A DNA stretch of 53,044 nt from a virus (IMGVR_UViG_3300031449_000026:1-53044), one strand, 5' to 3'. Counted from the stretch's first letter, positions 25,801 to 33,894 are shown. Numbers and translations are program-made. Notes: generated by a model not told the origin, from the letters alone.

Positions 25801-26072
25801 TCCTCGCCGTAACGATCCATCGCGTCTATGTAGGCGTTTGCGCGGGGGAGCATGGCCGCATAGAATTCTGGCTTGAAGTAGCGCCCGTTTTCGTTGACCA
25901 CGCCTGCAAGGGACGCCAGCAAGTTCAGCTTGACTTTGCCGAGGCGCTCCGAGTCTACGATCTCGTACTGCGACTCCCCGATAAGGCAGGCATCTTGCAG
26001 GTCAATCTGTGAGTCCGCAACAGCAGGCGCATTGACTTCTTCGTTTGTTATTTCGTCTTCATCTTCGGACAC
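22854..26072 (-). CDS. prohead protease-scaffold-major capsid fusion
   Basis: N-terminal NENGRYF..GEEPHP..IGCSVR..LDYVPNPAF (T4 gp21-like protease pattern), a charged helical scaffold, and a C-terminal capsid-like region; downstream of the portal. Confidence 0.8.
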   Translation of the reverse strand: MSEDEDEITNEEVNAPAVADSQIDLQDACLIGESQYEIVDSERLGKVKLNLLASLAGVVNENGRYFKPEFYAAMLPRANAYIDAMDRYGEEPHPRFDADRKQFITSLQNKIWDQGHWFIVDGNLGASVYLDPKKPREAAVIDRAREKGHIGCSVRWHAGRPPKSGKTAEGQAVQLFDAEVGQYVFSAVLDYVPNPAFTQAGRVMVDAAELIPMTDATDMAALPQVQVTDAEEAAPAPTLTALVTTGSIKSEPVAADNSIKKPNFAKPTQEKRPLKTAAELRAQAQTIEDPEVKQSLLDAADAMDAAPTVDAILDRVRTELAPDIKKANAYVDAQTQRDAASAETAKVTMLADAVEAGTAPEVARFTQAEVRQKFAKKVRGKTTEAEARVVLLDAIDTQDEIQSSLDLAMKGLKLGGVADSQQAGSGADNGQARGNASGAGTERVDVIVDDKDKRTDGFLDAINAATEKKFREYGINPDSRLAASTKAKVDEICGPMEKKVGRQAIVDAVDYMTNPIGQKNQQSGVNALNAMVDAGLIESAPITDAVLTTANILQQPVFIPLVMRPLYQNLQSLKYLGAFGPNAQFRQGVMPGFDGGGGGSNMGRIFKFQSRYRERAIHNTGGRTRNSGRIGENQGIPRTTLQNSFQQFNTYRRASAFGMTKEVQNWTATGAAPFDLLGEAIAGNLQINALETDNLGYFEMVSSTLEQNSITLTAPEPIAPGNLTNGPTQDGVTYGSGSGSNALDRSPDNPYPPQGVVCIAQPDCGNTLAGMPPAGPTAAATGRLTGAGNPGFTPSASNACRTPLVIPRDIVGVDQFNNETTATRFPITVMKGNTVLVPGYLTEDFEIGSLYNPATGAPAQAQYAVDYMRGKVVFSAAAGITAATTTLTMQYTYATNFFLTQVNFGAAGYPGGVTSRAYYDTVFITNNIIAAKMGSHPNFLRPDFCLSSQIAASYIVQSDIFDKLKSPTGTDLVNPTDQTYAEYAGVLYDQVNAPSILGNDALLLFKNEFSKYVVETPLHTEGGFVNYDGSATNQLVARTEYMMNQFETFCTPLAQDGSGNVFNKPSTLNILF

Positions 26073-26097
26073 AGATTTCTTTTACCTTTGTGGGCTT

Positions 26098-26379
26098 CTA
26101 CCATTCTCTGCCGATACTTAGGGTCTTGCCAGAGCAATTTTTGGGCCTGCTGCCGTCCGGCTTGTTCTGGTTGACAACGTACACGTTTGGGCTGTCGTGG
26201 TTGTCGCCGAGGAACACGTCCATCGAGTCAGAATCGGCCCCGGTGATGCCCGGTACGTCGCCGTAGTCATGGCGCAAGACCGTTTGCCAAGAGCCGCCCG
26301 GCCCTATGCCGGAGCGCATGGAGCCTTTGGGGTTTTCCACAGTCACGGTAAGCCCATGAATGAAAACGCGCTGACTCAA
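26098..26379 (-). pseudogene. truncated phage InPase (inorganic pyrophosphatase-like) domain
   Basis: GLTVTVENPKGSMRSG..W..HDYG..GADSDSMDVFLG..VYVVNQ; lacks the expected downstream DEHK-type segment. Confidence 0.7.
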
Positions 26380-26945
26380 GCGGTTTTGCTTTCAGGGGCC
26401 GGCGTAGTTTCAGGAGTTGTCACTTTTTCAGGCGGCGTGGACTGGTCGGCAGGTGCGCCTTGCGGCTGGGCTTCGGCAGCGGCAACGGCAACCGACTGGC
26501 TTTCCGTCGCGGGAGATAGCTCCGGTACAGTCGCGGGCGTGGAAATGTTAAGTGTTGCGGCAGTCTGCGGCTGACCGTCCGGGACGGATGCACCCGCGAC
26601 AATGCCGGGCGACCCTGCTGCTGGCAGAGCCTGAGCCTTCGGCGTGTCGGCGATGATCGTGGCTGCCGCTTGGACAGTCGGTGCGCCAGCGCCGGGGACA
26701 ACGACGCCAGGCGCGGCAATCGCGCCGACTTCACTCAGAATTGTCGCAAAGCCGAGATTGATGGCCGTTAGATCAGCAGGAGCACCGAAATCGGCGACCT
26801 GCGCGGCGAGCTTTTTTACCTGGTCCTGCAAAGCAGGCACGGCGGCGATTGCGGTTTGGGAGCGCGTGACGGCGTTGCCGATAGCGGCGGTAAGATCGGT
26901 TTCCTCTGCCGTTAAAGCGTCAATCTGGTCCTGGGTAATCTGCAT
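26376..26945 (-). CDS. coiled-coil, Ala/Pro-rich hypothetical protein
   Basis: AGGAG RBS before MQITQD. Confidence 0.6.
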   Translation of the reverse strand: MQITQDQIDALTAEETDLTAAIGNAVTRSQTAIAAVPALQDQVKKLAAQVADFGAPADLTAINLGFATILSEVGAIAAPGVVVPGAGAPTVQAAATIIADTPKAQALPAAGSPGIVAGASVPDGQPQTAATLNISTPATVPELSPATESQSVAVAAAEAQPQGAPADQSTPPEKVTTPETTPAPESKTA

Positions 26946-27100
26946 GGCGTTCTCCTGGGCTTTCATTCTGATAAAGAGTTCAGTGGTTTGAGTAAAGAGT
27001 TCAACGATGGCTTGTTCAGCCGAAATGCTTCGGAAAGTCCGATGCCTAAAAGTTCGCTGATTGCGTCGGCATAAGAAGCGAGACATAAGAGGCACCTTAC

Positions 27101-27148
27101 AATACAAAAACGCCTCTACCCAAGTGGATAAAGGCGTTCAAGACGCTC
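27101..27148 (-). terminator. terminator whose 5' arm contains the repeated GAGCGTCYTGAACGCC motif
   Basis: AACGCCTTTATCC-actt-GGGTAGAGGCGTT followed by TTTGTATT. Confidence 0.7.
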
Positions 27149-27204
27149 TCGTATGGCGTTCGCGGTTAGCGAGATATATTCTGTGCGAAAGACGTTTTCT
27201 GCGC

Positions 27205-27387
27205 CTACTTTCGCTTTGCTTCTTTTGCGGCAACGGCTTCCTGCTGGTGCTGCTTGGCAACGTCGAGCAGGTCCACCGTATCGGCTTTGTCGCTGCCGTT
27301 GATCTTGATTTCTACCAAGCCCTTCTGCGGATCGTACTTGAACAGCAGTTTGCCGGTTCCTGGTTGACGAACATCGATGTACGGCAT
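27205..27387 (-). CDS. Mu Com-like small regulator lacking the Zn-binding cysteines
   Basis: MPYIDVRQPGTGKLLFKYDPQKGLVEIKINGS parallels the Com pattern iRC..CgKLL....iEIKC.rC. Confidence 0.5.
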   Translation of the reverse strand: MPYIDVRQPGTGKLLFKYDPQKGLVEIKINGSDKADTVDLLDVAKQHQQEAVAAKEAKRK

Positions 27388-27417
27388 AGAGGCAAGGTGT
27401 CTAGGTGAGGGGACTAT

Positions 27418-27468
27418 TATCCAGAGCAAGAAAATATCCCGAGTGAGAAAATATCCAGAGCAAGAAAA
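27418..27468. repeat. three tandem 17-bp repeats
   Basis: tatccagagcaagaaaa / tatcccgagtgagaaaa / tatccagagcaagaaaa. Confidence 0.9.
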
Positions 27469-27573
27469 AAGCGGCCTAATCGCCACACATTCCGTAGGTT
27501 GTTGAAACGGAAAGCAAGGCGTTCAGGACGCTCACAAAAAGTTGCTCCTAGCAACTGCACTGGTTACGCTCTC

Positions 27574-27602
27574 ATTCTACAAGCATTTCTGTCTTCTGTC
27601 AA
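27574..27602 (-). promoter_or_regulatory. sigma70-type promoter
   Basis: TTGACA-17 nt-TAGAAT. Confidence 0.75.
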
Positions 27603-27622
27603 GCATGACTGTACCAAAAGCC

Positions 27623-27664
27623 AAAAATAAAAGCCAGCAAGCACTATCCCTAGTGCTTGCTGGC
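27623..27664 (-). terminator. intrinsic terminator after the portal
   Basis: 14-bp stem GCCAGCAAGCACTA/TAGTGCTTGCTGGC followed by TTTTATTTTT. Confidence 0.8.
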
Positions 27665-27694
27665 CTGAAAATCGTCTAAATATGCTTTCTCCCG

Positions 27695-29365
27695 TTACGG
27701 CTTCTTCTTGTAAGCGTCCCCGCCCGGCTTACCCCTCTCGCCGGGGAGCATCTTGCCGCCGCTCATGCGCTGTGAGCTGCCGCCGGTTTTAGAGTTTGCC
27801 GCGCCGTTTGAGACCCCATCGTCTGCGCCCATCATCTGCATCTCGTGTACGGTGTCGGCGTCCATATGCTTGTCGACCATCATCGCTTCCAAGAGCGCGA
27901 CGTACTCCTTCGCTTTGCCGAGTCCGAGATATTCCGCCAGCATCTCGACTGCCGTTTCCGCCGTCAAAAGCGGGAAGGGCTTGGCGTTCATACCAGCGCC
28001 GAGGGTGTTCGTCATGGCTTTGTTGATAAAGGCAATGCAGTCGTTTGCGTCCTCAAACGTCCGTTTCGGCACGGCGAGGCTGATGAGAAACGCATCCGGG
28101 TTGATGCCTTTGAGTTGAAGCTGAAGGCAGATGCCGTCAAGTATTACGCCGTAGACCCACGCAAGGTCGTAGCTCATGCCGTCCAGCCACTCGGACACGA
28201 TCAAATCCAGCGTGTCCCGGCTCATGTTGGCAAGGTTCATGCCCGAAAGCTGTAAGGGTGTTCCGAGCGCCGAGGCTTCTTTTTCCAGAAAGTAAATCAG
28301 GTCGCCAATCTCATGCACTGTCGGGTCCGACGGATGCACCTTGATGGCGACTTTCGTATCGTGGACGTACTTGGCAAGCGGATTATACGGGTCGGCGTCG
28401 GTCATTGCGGCAGTCCCGACCGCGCTGATCTGCTTTTTGTAGTCGTCAATGTCTTTTTGGGTGGTGCTGTCATCGCCTTCTTCGCCAAGCGTATGGTCTT
28501 CAATCCGGGCGGCGTTAGACTTGCGGCGCGTCTCCTGGAACGCTTCCAGCACGTCGAGGTTATGCGTGATGCCAAGCGCGGTGGCGTACTCAAACTGCCC
28601 GTAGCGGTCTTCGCCGAGGCGCTTCCAGCGGTGGTGACTGATTTGATACGCGGTGAACTCGCCGCCCGGCACGACGGACTGCGTAGACAGGTCTATTTGC
28701 ACAAAAGCGCGTTCGGGGTCTAAAAACTGGTCGGTGTCGTCCGACAACCGCTCCATCGTTTGCGCGGGCATGACAAGCTGCCGGACAATCTCGCCCTGTT
28801 TCCGGGAACCGTCCCAGGCAATGACGTTCTGAATGAACAGGCCCGCGTCCATGCGCCCGTGCCGCAGATACTTTGCCATCAGGTCAACATTAGAGTTGCC
28901 GTCCCGAAGCGTCAGGCCCGTGCGGTGCAAATAGCCCTCGGCCTCGGCTTGGGCGCGTTTTGCCGCCGGGCCAGTGGCGTCCGCCTGCCCCGGCCCGGCG
29001 TCTTTCGGCGTGAGTTTTAGCCGGAAGCCCGCTGCCGTTGCTTTGTAGACGTGCTTCTCGACAGCTGAATGGAACCGGGGATTGGTGCGGTACAGCTCCC
29101 ACATCTGCCCGATCATCTCGCGCCGTCCCCACTCCTGCTGCTGGCGCGTCAGGGGCGAGATGGCGGGCATGACCGAGCCGGCCACGCCGCCCTCGGTGGT
29201 CGCAGGCGGAGCGTCGTCAAAGAAGCTGGACAGCTTCGCGCCGATGCGGGACAAGAGAGCCGGACGCCCCGCCTGCACTTCGGGGCGAAGCGGCTGCGAA
29301 AGCAGGGCGAGGTTAGACAGCGGCGAGGCAGAGGACCGCTTGGAAAACAAAGTGTTGATTGCCAT
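27695..29365 (-). CDS. portal protein
   Basis: 556 aa directly after the terminase; HHRW..RYGQ motif and portal-like architecture. Confidence 0.8.
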   Translation of the reverse strand: MAINTLFSKRSSASPLSNLALLSQPLRPEVQAGRPALLSRIGAKLSSFFDDAPPATTEGGVAGSVMPAISPLTRQQQEWGRREMIGQMWELYRTNPRFHSAVEKHVYKATAAGFRLKLTPKDAGPGQADATGPAAKRAQAEAEGYLHRTGLTLRDGNSNVDLMAKYLRHGRMDAGLFIQNVIAWDGSRKQGEIVRQLVMPAQTMERLSDDTDQFLDPERAFVQIDLSTQSVVPGGEFTAYQISHHRWKRLGEDRYGQFEYATALGITHNLDVLEAFQETRRKSNAARIEDHTLGEEGDDSTTQKDIDDYKKQISAVGTAAMTDADPYNPLAKYVHDTKVAIKVHPSDPTVHEIGDLIYFLEKEASALGTPLQLSGMNLANMSRDTLDLIVSEWLDGMSYDLAWVYGVILDGICLQLQLKGINPDAFLISLAVPKRTFEDANDCIAFINKAMTNTLGAGMNAKPFPLLTAETAVEMLAEYLGLGKAKEYVALLEAMMVDKHMDADTVHEMQMMGADDGVSNGAANSKTGGSSQRMSGGKMLPGERGKPGGDAYKKKP

Positions 29366-29403
29366 GCGGAAGTAGCCGCAGGGCAGGGCAAAATGTCACG
29401 GAC
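29363..29403 (-). promoter_or_regulatory. phage late-promoter-like motif, copy 3
   Basis: GTCC GTGACA-19-TACTTC CGC ATG; the ATG is the portal start. Confidence 0.7.
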
Positions 29404-29409
29404 AGGCGG

Positions 29410-30597
29410 CTAGTACGGCATACGCGCCTGCAGAACATGCCACGGCAGGCGTTCTGCAGGCGCGTATGCCGCACTTGGCACTTCTTCCATCTCCAAGCCT
29501 TCCCACCGGGACGCGATGTTCACCGGCACTTCGGGCGGGAGCATTTGCGCGGGACGCGGGCTGGGGCTGTAATCCACCGTGACGGCCCCGCCAAGAGGCT
29601 TGTCCGTCGCCTGCGCCGGGGCGATCTCGCAGGTGACGTACTGAAAAGCGTCCTGCGGGTGGGAGAAACGGTCTTTTAGGGGCGTTTCTTTGCCGCCGCT
29701 GTCCGCGTTTTCATCGTAGGCGTAACTGCCCTCAAATCCCGCCCGGAGCCGTTCGCAGGAGCTATGGGCCGAAACAAGCAGCTTCGGCTCGCCGCCTTCC
29801 ATGCTTGTCACCAGAAGGCTTGTCACGGCATTCCGGCGCGTGTTCCACACCTGATGCTTCTGCTTGCCCTGGACTTTGATGCCGTACCGGGAGGCAAGGA
29901 TGGTGTACGCGCTTTTTGCGTCGTTCGCGCTTCGGGACTTGCCTGCGGGGTCGCCGATATGAATGAAGTGCAGGGAGTTGCCGCACTCATGGTCAAAGGC
30001 GTCGCTGTACGTCATGCGCCACGTCTGCGCTTCGAGCGATTCCAGTTCTTTCAAGGTCATTTCCGCCTTGACTTGATTCCGCCACCGTTCGTCAAAGCGC
30101 ATCTGCAAGTCTTCCATCGTGACCACGGGGAACCTCGCTTCTTGGTTTAGCGCCAGCATCTGCCGGATGACGAGCGGAGCAAACAGCGACAGGTCTTTGT
30201 TCTCCTCATTGATGACCCGCAGCACCCGCACTTGCCCCGTGTCCGACGGCTGGACGAATACGGCGGCGGGGTTTAATCCAAAATCGTAGCCGACGTACAC
30301 GGTCAGTCCCGGCGCAGCTTTCAGGACTTCGCTGCTGCCGTGCCTGCCTGCGTCATACGACGGGAACACCGGTTTGCCGTTCGTGACCGTCCAGTCCAGG
30401 TCAAATTCGCGCCGGATTTCAAGTTCCGAGAGGCCCGTGGTGTTCACCGGAAACCATGCCGGGTCCAGGCGCTTCTTTGGGTCGGCCTTCCAGTGGAGGT
30501 TTGCAACCGCAACGCCGATAGAGGTCATCATGCCCCAGGTGCCGACGGGCCAGGATGACGGCACGGAAAAGTTTTCGCCAGCAACAAGTTCAGTCAT
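29410..30597 (-). CDS. terL: terminase large subunit, nuclease (RNase H-like) half
   Basis: LHWKADP, REFDLDW, YVGYDFGLNPAAV, GDPAGKSRS and SHPQDAFQY motifs. Confidence 0.85.
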   Translation of the reverse strand: MTELVAGENFSVPSSWPVGTWGMMTSIGVAVANLHWKADPKKRLDPAWFPVNTTGLSELEIRREFDLDWTVTNGKPVFPSYDAGRHGSSEVLKAAPGLTVYVGYDFGLNPAAVFVQPSDTGQVRVLRVINEENKDLSLFAPLVIRQMLALNQEARFPVVTMEDLQMRFDERWRNQVKAEMTLKELESLEAQTWRMTYSDAFDHECGNSLHFIHIGDPAGKSRSANDAKSAYTILASRYGIKVQGKQKHQVWNTRRNAVTSLLVTSMEGGEPKLLVSAHSSCERLRAGFEGSYAYDENADSGGKETPLKDRFSHPQDAFQYVTCEIAPAQATDKPLGGAVTVDYSPSPRPAQMLPPEVPVNIASRWEGLEMEEVPSAAYAPAERLPWHVLQARMPY

Positions 30598-30783
30598 GGT
30601 AATTTTATTGGGACACTTTCAGGTATGCTTTTGATTGGATAAGTATCGTTTAAAGAATGTGCAAAGACTTTCCGCCCGGTCGCTCCGGCATCAAGGAAAA
30701 TGGGGTTGGATGTAGCCCCTGCTTACCAATCTTTGGGACATTTTCAGGTCGCACCAAAGCGTAAGAAACTGCGTTCAAGTGCG

Positions 30784-31053
30784 TCAATGTTCGGACAGCC
30801 GATGGGACAACCGCTGGGCTTCAGCATGGTGGCGCAACAGGCCGATTGCGATCCATGTCAGGCCGGCGGTCGCAAGGAAATGCGGCGTCATTTGAAGGCG
30901 CGGCAGGGGCGAGTGCATCCAAATCCGTGCGTCTCGCTCCGATGCGAACACCCAAAATAGCAAGTCGTTGAGTTCTTCTTGCCCTTCGAGTCGTCTATAT
31001 TCGTGTTCGTCTGCGGATACAGTCTTGTGTTCGTCTGCGGATACAGTGGTCAT
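30784..31053 (-). CDS. Xre/MbcA/ParS antitoxin C-terminal-like domain protein
   Basis: VFASERDARIWMHSPLPRLQMTPHFLATAG matches the vFg....A..Wl..P...l..tP..l....G pattern. Confidence 0.6.
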   Translation of the reverse strand: MTTVSADEHKTVSADEHEYRRLEGQEELNDLLFWVFASERDARIWMHSPLPRLQMTPHFLATAGLTWIAIGLLRHHAEAQRLSHRLSEH

Positions 31054-31065
31054 GGTTTACGTTTC

Positions 31066-32046
31066 CTACGCGCTGTCAAACGGCTTGTCGAGAACAATGC
31101 GGCTCATGTGGCTCTGGGCGACCGGCGTTCCGACAAGCACGATCTGTCCACAGTCGTGGTCGCCGGCGACGCCGATGCGGTTCCCCATCAGCCCCGCCCA
31201 CAGCGACGCCAAATCCTTCTGCTCCGCGCCTTCGTCAATCCTTATGCGGGCCGCACCGTCGCCGCGCCCGTCGTCGTTTTTCGACATCGCCTGGATGAAG
31301 GAGTCCATCGCGCCCGGCTCATGCTCGGAGTGATGCACTGTCACCCGGTTAATCATGTTGTGGACATTCGGCTTGTCCTGCGAAGTCACCCAGGACAGTC
31401 GGGGTAGGCAGGAGCGGCTCACTTTGTCCGCCGGATGCTGGTCGTAGATAAACTTCGAGCGGTAAATCATCTTCTCGGTCTTGCCGAGGTTCACGCACCG
31501 GACGTAGATTTCCCGGCCTGGATGATACAAGGCGTCCCAGGTGTCCATCTCGCACAAAAGCCACGAGGCAATCATGCGCCGCGACTTCGGAATGGCGAGA
31601 ATGTCCTGCGTCTGCCACATGGCGGCAAAGAAGGCCAGCACGTCAAAATAGCTCTCGCCCGTCCCGTCTGGTTGGGGCAAGGAGCGCACGGGGCTTCCCT
31701 TGCCGTCCTCCTGCACTTTCTGGGCCTCCACAAACGTTCTGCCGCAGTCCCGGAGCCAGCGAATGCACCCGATGTCAATGCGGCGAGGAATGCCGAACGG
31801 GTCGGTCCAGTCGCGCCAGTCCCCAACGTAAGGCGAGCCTTCCAAGAACTCCCGGCGCTCTTTGGAGCGGAAGCGGGAGGCGGAGTTAGCCCCGCGCAGA
31901 AACGCGAGGTCACCCACCTTCTGCGTCCCAAACGACTGGGCCATTTCCTGCGCGACGGTGGCTCCGAGCCGTTGCCGCGAGTTTGTTCCCGCGATGCGGC
32001 CCTCAGCAGTTCCCTGCGGCCCGGAGCGTCCTGATTTACCCGCCAT
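31066..32046 (-). CDS. terL: terminase large subunit, ATPase half
   Basis: Walker A-like PKSRRMIASW, Walker B IRIDEGA, motif III LVGTP, then a stop. Confidence 0.8.
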   Translation of the reverse strand: MAGKSGRSGPQGTAEGRIAGTNSRQRLGATVAQEMAQSFGTQKVGDLAFLRGANSASRFRSKERREFLEGSPYVGDWRDWTDPFGIPRRIDIGCIRWLRDCGRTFVEAQKVQEDGKGSPVRSLPQPDGTGESYFDVLAFFAAMWQTQDILAIPKSRRMIASWLLCEMDTWDALYHPGREIYVRCVNLGKTEKMIYRSKFIYDQHPADKVSRSCLPRLSWVTSQDKPNVHNMINRVTVHHSEHEPGAMDSFIQAMSKNDDGRGDGAARIRIDEGAEQKDLASLWAGLMGNRIGVAGDHDCGQIVLVGTPVAQSHMSRIVLDKPFDSA

Positions 32047-32083
32047 TAGAAATTGCCCCTTGCCATTAGAAAGTCCCTCTAGG

Positions 32084-32118
32084 GCATTAGCCTTAGAGGG
32101 ATAGGAATTGTCATGGAC
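32084..32118 (-). promoter_or_regulatory. phage late-promoter-like motif, copy 4 (degenerate)
   Basis: GTCC ATGACA-19 (ending GGC)-TAATGC, upstream of the TerL ATPase gene. Confidence 0.55.
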
Positions 32119-32125
32119 AGCCGGC

Positions 32126-32707
32126 TTACCGAGGCGCGGCCAGCATTCGGGCGAGCGACGTATCCTCGTAGCCCATCTTCTGAATCTTCTGCATAATCAG
32201 CCCGTACACTTCGCCGCCAATCTGCTTCATTACTTCCTCATCATGCGCGTTCCCCGCTTCCGTCAGCGCCGTCGCGACCGCTTCCTCCGTGCCAGTTTTG
32301 ATGCACATTCCAATCTCGTTAATGATCTGCCGAATAGCGGTCGGCGTGGCGACGTTAATCAGGACGCTCTCGGTGTCGGCTCGCATCTTAGCGATCTTCG
32401 TCTTGTGCGTTTCCATTTCCGCCAGCACCGCAATAAACCCGGATGACCCTAGCTTATCCTGCTCCACTTCCGACACCAATTTGTTCAGGCAGATGTCAAT
32501 AACCTCCGAGATGTCAGCCTGTGTCACCTCAACCCCAAGCGCGGCGTTGTTGTCTAAAGCCTGCTGCAAAGCCGGATTGTTTCGGGCGAACTGATTAGTG
32601 CGGCGCGGCTTGCTTCCGCTCAGTTCCAGCAGGTTGATTTTAGCGACTTCGTTCTTCATTTGACTTCTTTCTTCCAGCAAAATAGTAGGCGCGGCCAGTG
32701 GTTCCAT
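32126..32707 (-). CDS. putative terminase small subunit (helical)
   Basis: Helical protein immediately upstream of TerL; AAGGA RBS before MEPLA; alternative start at 32659. Confidence 0.5.
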   Translation of the reverse strand: MEPLAAPTILLEERSQMKNEVAKINLLELSGSKPRRTNQFARNNPALQQALDNNAALGVEVTQADISEVIDICLNKLVSEVEQDKLGSSGFIAVLAEMETHKTKIAKMRADTESVLINVATPTAIRQIINEIGMCIKTGTEEAVATALTEAGNAHDEEVMKQIGGEVYGLIMQKIQKMGYEDTSLARMLAAPR

Positions 32708-32948
32708 TTTGTTTTCCTTCGGCAGTTTTTGGCCCGGTGGAACGCGCCCCGTGAAGGTAGCAGCGGATTTCGCCCGCCCGACACACCCGCTGGCAGGGCG
32801 GCTGTCCGGCATCGCAGACAAGTACAGGCAGGTTACGCGGGTTGAGTCCAGCAGCGGCAAGTGCTTTGAGCGTTGCGGCCCACTGCTTCCGGGCCGAGCG
32901 AGTTTTCCAGGGCGTATTCTCCTTAGGAACGTGATGATGCAGAGACAT
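32640..32948 (-). CDS. HGGxSTG domain protein
   Basis: CDAGQPPC..RCYLHGARSTGPKTAEGK. Confidence 0.75.
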   Translation of the reverse strand: MSLHHHVPKENTPWKTRSARKQWAATLKALAAAGLNPRNLPVLVCDAGQPPCQRVCRAGEIRCYLHGARSTGPKTAEGKQNGTTGRAYYFAGRKKSNEERSR

Positions 32949-33050
32949 AGCGGATTAACCTTTTCTAAGCAATCTTCCGATTGTTGCCAACTTAACCCAA
33001 CTTATCTTATGATGTTGTGGAAAGTGAATGCAGACTTTACCATTGACACG

Positions 33051-33085
33051 GAAGTAGCCCTAATGTTGGCATCGTTGACACGGAC
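33051..33085 (-). promoter_or_regulatory. phage late-promoter-like motif, copy 5
   Basis: GTCC GTGTCA-19 (ending GGC)-TACTTC CG, at the head of the packaging operon. Confidence 0.65.
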
Positions 33086-33621
33086 GATGTTTCAGGGCAA
33101 AGACAGTTAAGAGTGCTTAGGAGAAAGGGAATGCCGAGCTTGCGAGGCTTCCGAAAGCCTTACTTGATGCGAGAGCCGCAGAAGAGCAGGAGTGCTTGAG
33201 AGGAAGTGAATGGCGGCTGAATGCAACAGGTAAGGCAATTGATATGGGGAGAGCGTAAAGGTATTGCCCGCTCCTCCCTCATTCTTCCTTTGCCCGCTGC
33301 CGAAGTTCTACGCCCCCCCTGTTGCTGGAATTGAATTGAAGTAGAGGACGGGAGAGACGGTAGAATGCGCCTTTCCCTCCTCTGTTTCCCTGCTCTGCTT
33401 CTCTTTGTGAAGGGCGTGTGCAGCGGCAGTCGGCTTGGGCCTATGACGTGAATGCAGACACGGGTGCGAGGGCATGAGGAACGAGCAGAGGAGTATGGAG
33501 CAGTGCAAGGCATTGACCGCGCAGCGGCCTGGCCTACGGCAGTAAGGTGTAGAGGAGTAGCCCCAACGCGGCGCAGGGCGTCACGGACGGGTTAAGGGGT
33601 GGCAAGGGGCAGGCGGACGCG

Positions 33622-33894
33622 CTAAGGGACAGGCAGTAGGCCCCGGCGCTTGATAGCACGACCACGTGGACAAGTGGCACGGTGGCCGGCGAGCCGGCCC
33701 AGCGGCAGGGATTGACCGGCGGCACAGCGACAAGACAGATCAACGAGGGGCGTCAGGACGCGCCGAGCGTTGACAGCAGCGAGAACGGCGCGGTGCGCGT
33801 CGGCTTGCACCTGGGTGCGCCGCTTGCCGCCGAGACGACCAGCAGCGGCAAGCGCCTCACGCATAGCCGGAGTAAGTGCATCTTGTGTATCCAT
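33622..33894 (-). CDS. small basic putative DNA-binding protein (GRLGGK motif, CxC..HxxxC tail)
   Basis: Start MDTQDA about 10 nt after a promoter -10; basic, with possible Zn ligands. Confidence 0.55.
   Translation of the reverse strand: MDTQDALTPAMREALAAAGRLGGKRRTQVQADAHRAVLAAVNARRVLTPLVDLSCRCAAGQSLPLGRLAGHRATCPRGRAIKRRGLLPVP

Noticed and set aside
20995-26012. Long plus-strand ORFs (620 aa, 665 aa) and similar antisense ORFs elsewhere
   Set aside because: Shadows of high-GC minus-strand genes that carry recognisable motifs.
32126-32948. Programmed -1 frameshift joining the HGGxSTG and TerS-like ORFs
   Set aside because: The downstream ORF is in the +1 frame and has its own RBS and ATG.
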